Origin: Verrucomicrobiia bacterium
GTDB lineage: Bacteria > Verrucomicrobiota > Verrucomicrobiia > Limisphaerales > UBA1319
Assembly: GCA_963664225.1 (NCBI GenBank)
Contig: OY760937.1
Span: 3,232,001 to 3,296,000, forward strand
Direction: 5' to 3'
Length of the DNA stretch: 64,000 bases
Within the stretch, counting starts at the first letter, position 1; every line of letters begins with the position of its first letter. The translations under genes were made by a program, and so were the position numbers. Of the stretch, positions 60,203-64,000 are shown piece after piece. The notes under the pieces are model-generated. The model was not told the origin of the DNA and made no database searches. It saw only the letters and a program-made list of their open reading frames with translations.

Positions 60203-60231
60203 AGCCTATCACAAAAAGCGGTTTTTTGCAA
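60203..60231 (-). promoter_or_regulatory. Putative sigma70 promoter of the ferritin gene
   Basis: TTGCAA-N17-TAGGCT with an extended -10 TG on the minus strand. Confidence 0.6.
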
Positions 60232-60296
60232 GGAGACAGAGATGATTAAGACCCGGTATTTTCTGGCCATAAAAGCACAATAAACCGGCGCTGGCC

Positions 60297-61057
60297 GCAT
60301 GTGTCTTCGGTGCGCCGGTCTCCAGACCGGCTTACGGTGTTCTCGAGCCCAATGTTTTCAAACACACCGTGATCCCCGCACGCCGGTGTCTTCGGTGCGC
60401 CGGTCTCCTGACCGGCTTAGCGTGTTCTCGAACCCAACGTTTTCAAACACATCGTGATCCCCGCATGCCGGTCTTCGGAGCGCCGGTCTCCTGACCGGCT
60501 TACGGTGTTCTCGAACCCAACGTTTTCAAACACACCGTGATCCCCGCATGCCAGTCTTCGGAGCGCCGGTCTCCTGACCGGCTTACGGTGTTCTCGAATC
60601 CAACGTTTTCAAACACACCGTGATCCCCGCATGCCGGTGTCTTCGGTGCGCCGGTCTCCAGACCGGCTTACGGTGTTCTCGAACCCAACGCTTTCAAACA
60701 CATCGTGATCCCCGCATGCCGGTGTCTTCGGTGCGCCGGTCTCCAGACCGGCTTACGGTGTTCTCGAACCCAACGCTTTCAAACACATCGTGATCCCCGC
60801 ATGCCGGTGTCTTCGGAGCGCCGGTCTCCTGACCGGCTTACGGTGTTCTCGAACCCAACGTTTTCAAATACACCGTGATCCGCGCATGCCGGTGTCATCG
60901 GAGCGCCGGTCTCCAGACCGGCTTACGGTGTTATTGAACCCAACGTTTTCAAACACACCGTGATCCCCGCACGCCGGTGTCTTCGGTGCGCCGGTCTCCT
61001 GACCGGCTTAGCGTGTTCTCGAACCCAACGTTTTCAAACACATCGTGATCCCCGCAT
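60297..61057 (+). repeat. Tandem array 3: 9 copies of the 85-bp unit (array-2 subtype)
   Basis: Unit starts at about 60297, 60382, 60467, 60550, 60633, 60718, 60803, 60888 and 60973. Confidence 0.96.
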
Positions 61058-61144
61058 GCTAGTTCTGCCGTTGCCTCAACGCCGTTTAAGAATCAGCCCA
61101 CTGCCATGGCTGTTTTCCACACTCCTGATTTTTGTCATGCACCC
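61058..61144 (+). mobile_element. MITE-family trailer and right TIR (copy G; left end missing)
   Basis: gccgttgcctcaacgccgtt...aatcagcccac...ttccacactcctgatttttgtcatgcaccc matches the array 1 and array 2 trailers. Confidence 0.8.
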
Positions 61145-61284
61145 GCATCTGTCTTCTGGCCGAAAAAAGCCGCCAAAACGCCGCTGGCCACACGTGTATG
61201 TGTCTCACATGGTTACAAAACCGTAACATTTCACTTTCGTCGAACGTGTATTTTCCAGGGATGTCTCTATAATGACCGCGACGA

Positions 61285-63264
61285 ATGAACACTCCCCGGC
61301 GTAACCGCAAGCCCACATTCCTCTGGCAGGGGATGTTGATTGTGCTGCCAGCCCTGATGATGGCCGGTTTCGGGCTATGGTCGCTGCGTCAGGACCGCAT
61401 GCTCGCAAAGATGGAGGTGGTGGAGCAGGCGCAGAAGATCGCCAAAGACTTGGAGGGCATATACTTGCCAACGGCATTTCAGGTTGGAACCCCCTCGGAA
61501 AACACCAGGGAAGTGCATGGGGAACCGGCCATTGTCTGTCTGTTGAATTCCCAGGGGCAACTTCTCTATCCTGCTGAATGGAAAGACTTTCCAGCTCCAG
61601 AGCCGCTGCCGATGGAACAGTTGACCGAAAGCCAATCCGATTTATGGGCGGCAGCGCAGGAAGCCCTGTTTGCGTTAACGGATACCAATACCGTACTGAC
61701 ACAGGCGTTTCTGACGCGTGTGATGGACGAGGACTTCCCCGGTTCATTCCCCGCGCTGGCCGCCTATCAACGCGGTGTTTTATATCAATCCGCCGGAAAC
61801 GCGGCGGAGGCGCAACGTTGCTTTGAGTGGGTGGTCGCCTTCAACAAAATGGAGCGCCCGGTCAGCGAGGGCGGTCTGCCCTTGAAGGTTCAGGCGGGTC
61901 TGCGCCTGCTGCAAATGCCGGATTACGCCAATCCAAAGGCGGCAAAAACCCGCACCCTGATCGCCTTGATCGCGAACGAGGCCATCCGCCATCCCACGAC
62001 GTTGTCCGCCGGATGGCTTGCGGCGCTGCCTGAGAATGAGCCCTGGATGGAACTCTGGCAGGATCAGGAGAGCGGACGCCTGCTGGCGGAGCATTGGCGG
62101 CTCTGGGAGGCGGAATGGAATTTCCACACCAATGAGCCATCCCGGAAAACGGCGTTTAAAATGGCCTGGCATTGGCTGCCGCTGTCTGGAGACCGGGAAC
62201 TGCTCGTCATGCCCTCGCAGACGGATGGCGGTGTGGCGTGTGTGGCCATCACGGATGAAAGCGCGGCGCGCATCGTTCTGGAGTCCGTGCGCTCGCTGCA
62301 AACCCCCGCTTATTTTGGCCTGCAGATCGATGTGGCTGGAAAATCGTTGCTTTCTGTAACGAACGATTCCCCCGTGATTGCGGATTCCTCGTTGGGTCAG
62401 GCCGCCTCCGCTTTCCGCGTCCAGGTGCGCCTGGTGGATCCCGATGCCTTTTACTCCCGGCAACGCACGCGCACCCTCTGGATGGGGGCGCTGATCGGGC
62501 TTTCCATGGCGGCGGTGCTGGTCGGATTTGCCACCGCGTGGCGGGCCTTCCGGCGTCAGCAGCAGTTGAGCGAGATGAAGACCAATTTCGTTTCCAGCGT
62601 CTCCCACGAATTGCGCGCGCCCATCGCCTCGGTGCGTCTCATGGCCGAGGAGTTGACGCATCAGGACCGTCCGGACCCGGCCAAAGTGCGGGAATACCAC
62701 AATTTCATCTCGCAGGAATGCCGGCGCCTCTCAGGCCTGATCGAGAACGTCCTCGATTTCTCCCGTCACGAACAGGGACGCAAGGAATACACGTTTGAAT
62801 CCACCGACCTGGAGGCCTTGCTCACGGAGACCTCGAAGCTGATGCAGTCCTACGCCTCCGCAAAAAACATCACCATCCGCCCCGTGGTTCAGGGCACGCC
62901 CGAACCCTTCGAGGCCGATGGCCGCGCGCTCCAGCAGGTGCTCGTGAACCTGATCGACAACGCGATCAAGCATTCGCCGCAGGACGCCGAGGTGGAGGCG
63001 GGTGTTGGCTTCGAGGCCCGTCAGGTTTCGCTTTGGGTGGAAGACCACGGCGAGGGCATTCCGCCCGGCGAGCAGCAACGTATTTTCGAGCGCTTCTACC
63101 GTCGCGGCAGCGAACTACGCCGCGAAACCCAGGGGGTCGGCCTCGGCCTGGCCATCGTGAAAAACGTAGTCGAGGCGCACAACGGTTCCGTGACGGTTCG
63201 CAGCGCCCTGGGCAAGGGCAGCCGCTTCACCGTCACGCTCCCCATTCACAATCACGCATCATGA
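61285..63264 (+). CDS. Membrane sensor histidine kinase
   Basis: Two TM segments; H-box VSHELRAP, NLIDNAIKHS, DHGEGI, GVGLGLAIV. Confidence 0.95.
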   Translation: MNTPRRNRKPTFLWQGMLIVLPALMMAGFGLWSLRQDRMLAKMEVVEQAQKIAKDLEGIYLPTAFQVGTPSENTREVHGEPAIVCLLNSQGQLLYPAEWKDFPAPEPLPMEQLTESQSDLWAAAQEALFALTDTNTVLTQAFLTRVMDEDFPGSFPALAAYQRGVLYQSAGNAAEAQRCFEWVVAFNKMERPVSEGGLPLKVQAGLRLLQMPDYANPKAAKTRTLIALIANEAIRHPTTLSAGWLAALPENEPWMELWQDQESGRLLAEHWRLWEAEWNFHTNEPSRKTAFKMAWHWLPLSGDRELLVMPSQTDGGVACVAITDESAARIVLESVRSLQTPAYFGLQIDVAGKSLLSVTNDSPVIADSSLGQAASAFRVQVRLVDPDAFYSRQRTRTLWMGALIGLSMAAVLVGFATAWRAFRRQQQLSEMKTNFVSSVSHELRAPIASVRLMAEELTHQDRPDPAKVREYHNFISQECRRLSGLIENVLDFSRHEQGRKEYTFESTDLEALLTETSKLMQSYASAKNITIRPVVQGTPEPFEADGRALQQVLVNLIDNAIKHSPQDAEVEAGVGFEARQVSLWVEDHGEGIPPGEQQRIFERFYRRGSELRRETQGVGLGLAIVKNVVEAHNGSVTVRSALGKGSRFTVTLPIHNHAS

Positions 63265-64000
63265 ACACTTCCGCCCGAATACTCGTTGTCGAGGACGAAT
63301 TGCCCATGCGCACCGCCCTGCGCGATTGCCTGGAAGGGCAGGGTCACCGCGTGTTGCTGGCCGCCGATGGCGAAACCGGCCTCGACAAGGCCATCCACGA
63401 AAAGCCCGATCTCGTCGTGCTGGACATCATGATGCCCAGGCTGGACGGCTTTGCCCTGTGCGCCGAGCTGCGCCGCCTGGCCCTGTCCACGCCCGTGCTC
63501 ATGCTCACCGCCAAGGACCGCGTGGAGGATCGGGTCAGCGGCCTGGACGCCGGGGCGGACGATTACCTGGCCAAGCCCTTCAGCCGCGACGAATTCCTGG
63601 CCCGCGTGCGCGCCCTGTTGCGTCGCGCGCAGCGTCAGGCCCAGTCGGCTCGCACGCTGGAACTGGGGACGGTGCGCATCGATTTCGTCCGTCAGCAGGC
63701 CACCAAGAACGGCGCTCTGCTGCATCTGACCGCGCGCGAGTTCGCCATGCTCCGGCTCCTGGCGGAGGCTCCCGGCGAGCCGGTGTCGCGCGACCGTTTT
63801 CTGGACGCGGTCTGGGGTTACACCGCATTCCCCACCACGCGCACGGTGGATAAACACATGGCCGGATTGCGCGCGAAAATCGAGGACGACTCCGAGAATC
63901 CCCGCTGGCTGAAGACGGTTCACGCCGTGGGCTACCGCCTCGATTGCGCGCCCGCTGAGTCAGCGCCCAACCCCGCTCAAAACAACCCGTCCGAAGTTAC
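63261..64000 (+). CDS. OmpR-family response regulator (no stop before the window end)
   Basis: Manual translation gives MNTSARILVVEDE...LDIMMPRLDG...LTAKD...GADDYLAKPF...RTVDKH...TVHAVGY; ATGA overlap with the kinase. Confidence 0.94.
   Translation, partial: MNTSARILVVEDELPMRTALRDCLEGQGHRVLLAADGETGLDKAIHEKPDLVVLDIMMPRLDGFALCAELRRLALSTPVLMLTAKDRVEDRVSGLDAGADDYLAKPFSRDEFLARVRALLRRAQRQAQSARTLELGTVRIDFVRQQATKNGALLHLTAREFAMLRLLAEAPGEPVSRDRFLDAVWGYTAFPTTRTVDKHMAGLRAKIEDDSENPRWLKTVHAVGYRLDCAPAESAPNPAQNNPSEV

Noticed and set aside
9756..61057. CRISPR interpretation of the three arrays
   Set aside because: Units are near-identical along their whole 85 bp, with no unique spacers, and there are no cas genes in the window.
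1..64000. tRNA, rRNA or riboswitch genes
   Set aside because: None recognised by eye; a covariance-model search would be needed to exclude them.

Overview
A GC-rich bacterial chromosomal window. Gene content and style suggest Verrucomicrobiota, which is an inference. Core genes include purH, an aspartate aminotransferase, tsaD, ctpA, clpP-clpX, mreBCD-mrdA-rodA-rne/rng, panB, a PiT/DUF47 pair, ferritin and a two-component system. Accessory content includes a carbohydrate-processing cluster, a vapBC pair, a SIR2-TPR gene, and three transposases (partial IS1380, complete IS256, IS200-like TnpA). The most unusual signal is a family of non-autonomous, MITE-like elements with at least 7 copies or ends. 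They share terminal inverted repeats GGGTGCA(T/G)GACA(A/G)AA and conserved sub-terminal 'leader' and 'trailer' segments, and one copy has a perfect 9-bp target duplication. Their cargo is interchangeable hairpin DNA, including three tandem arrays of a structured 85-bp unit (10, 18 and 9 copies). Several copies end exactly 27 bp upstream of the predicted -35 box of housekeeping promoters. All coordinates were counted by hand, and products were assigned from motifs without database searches.
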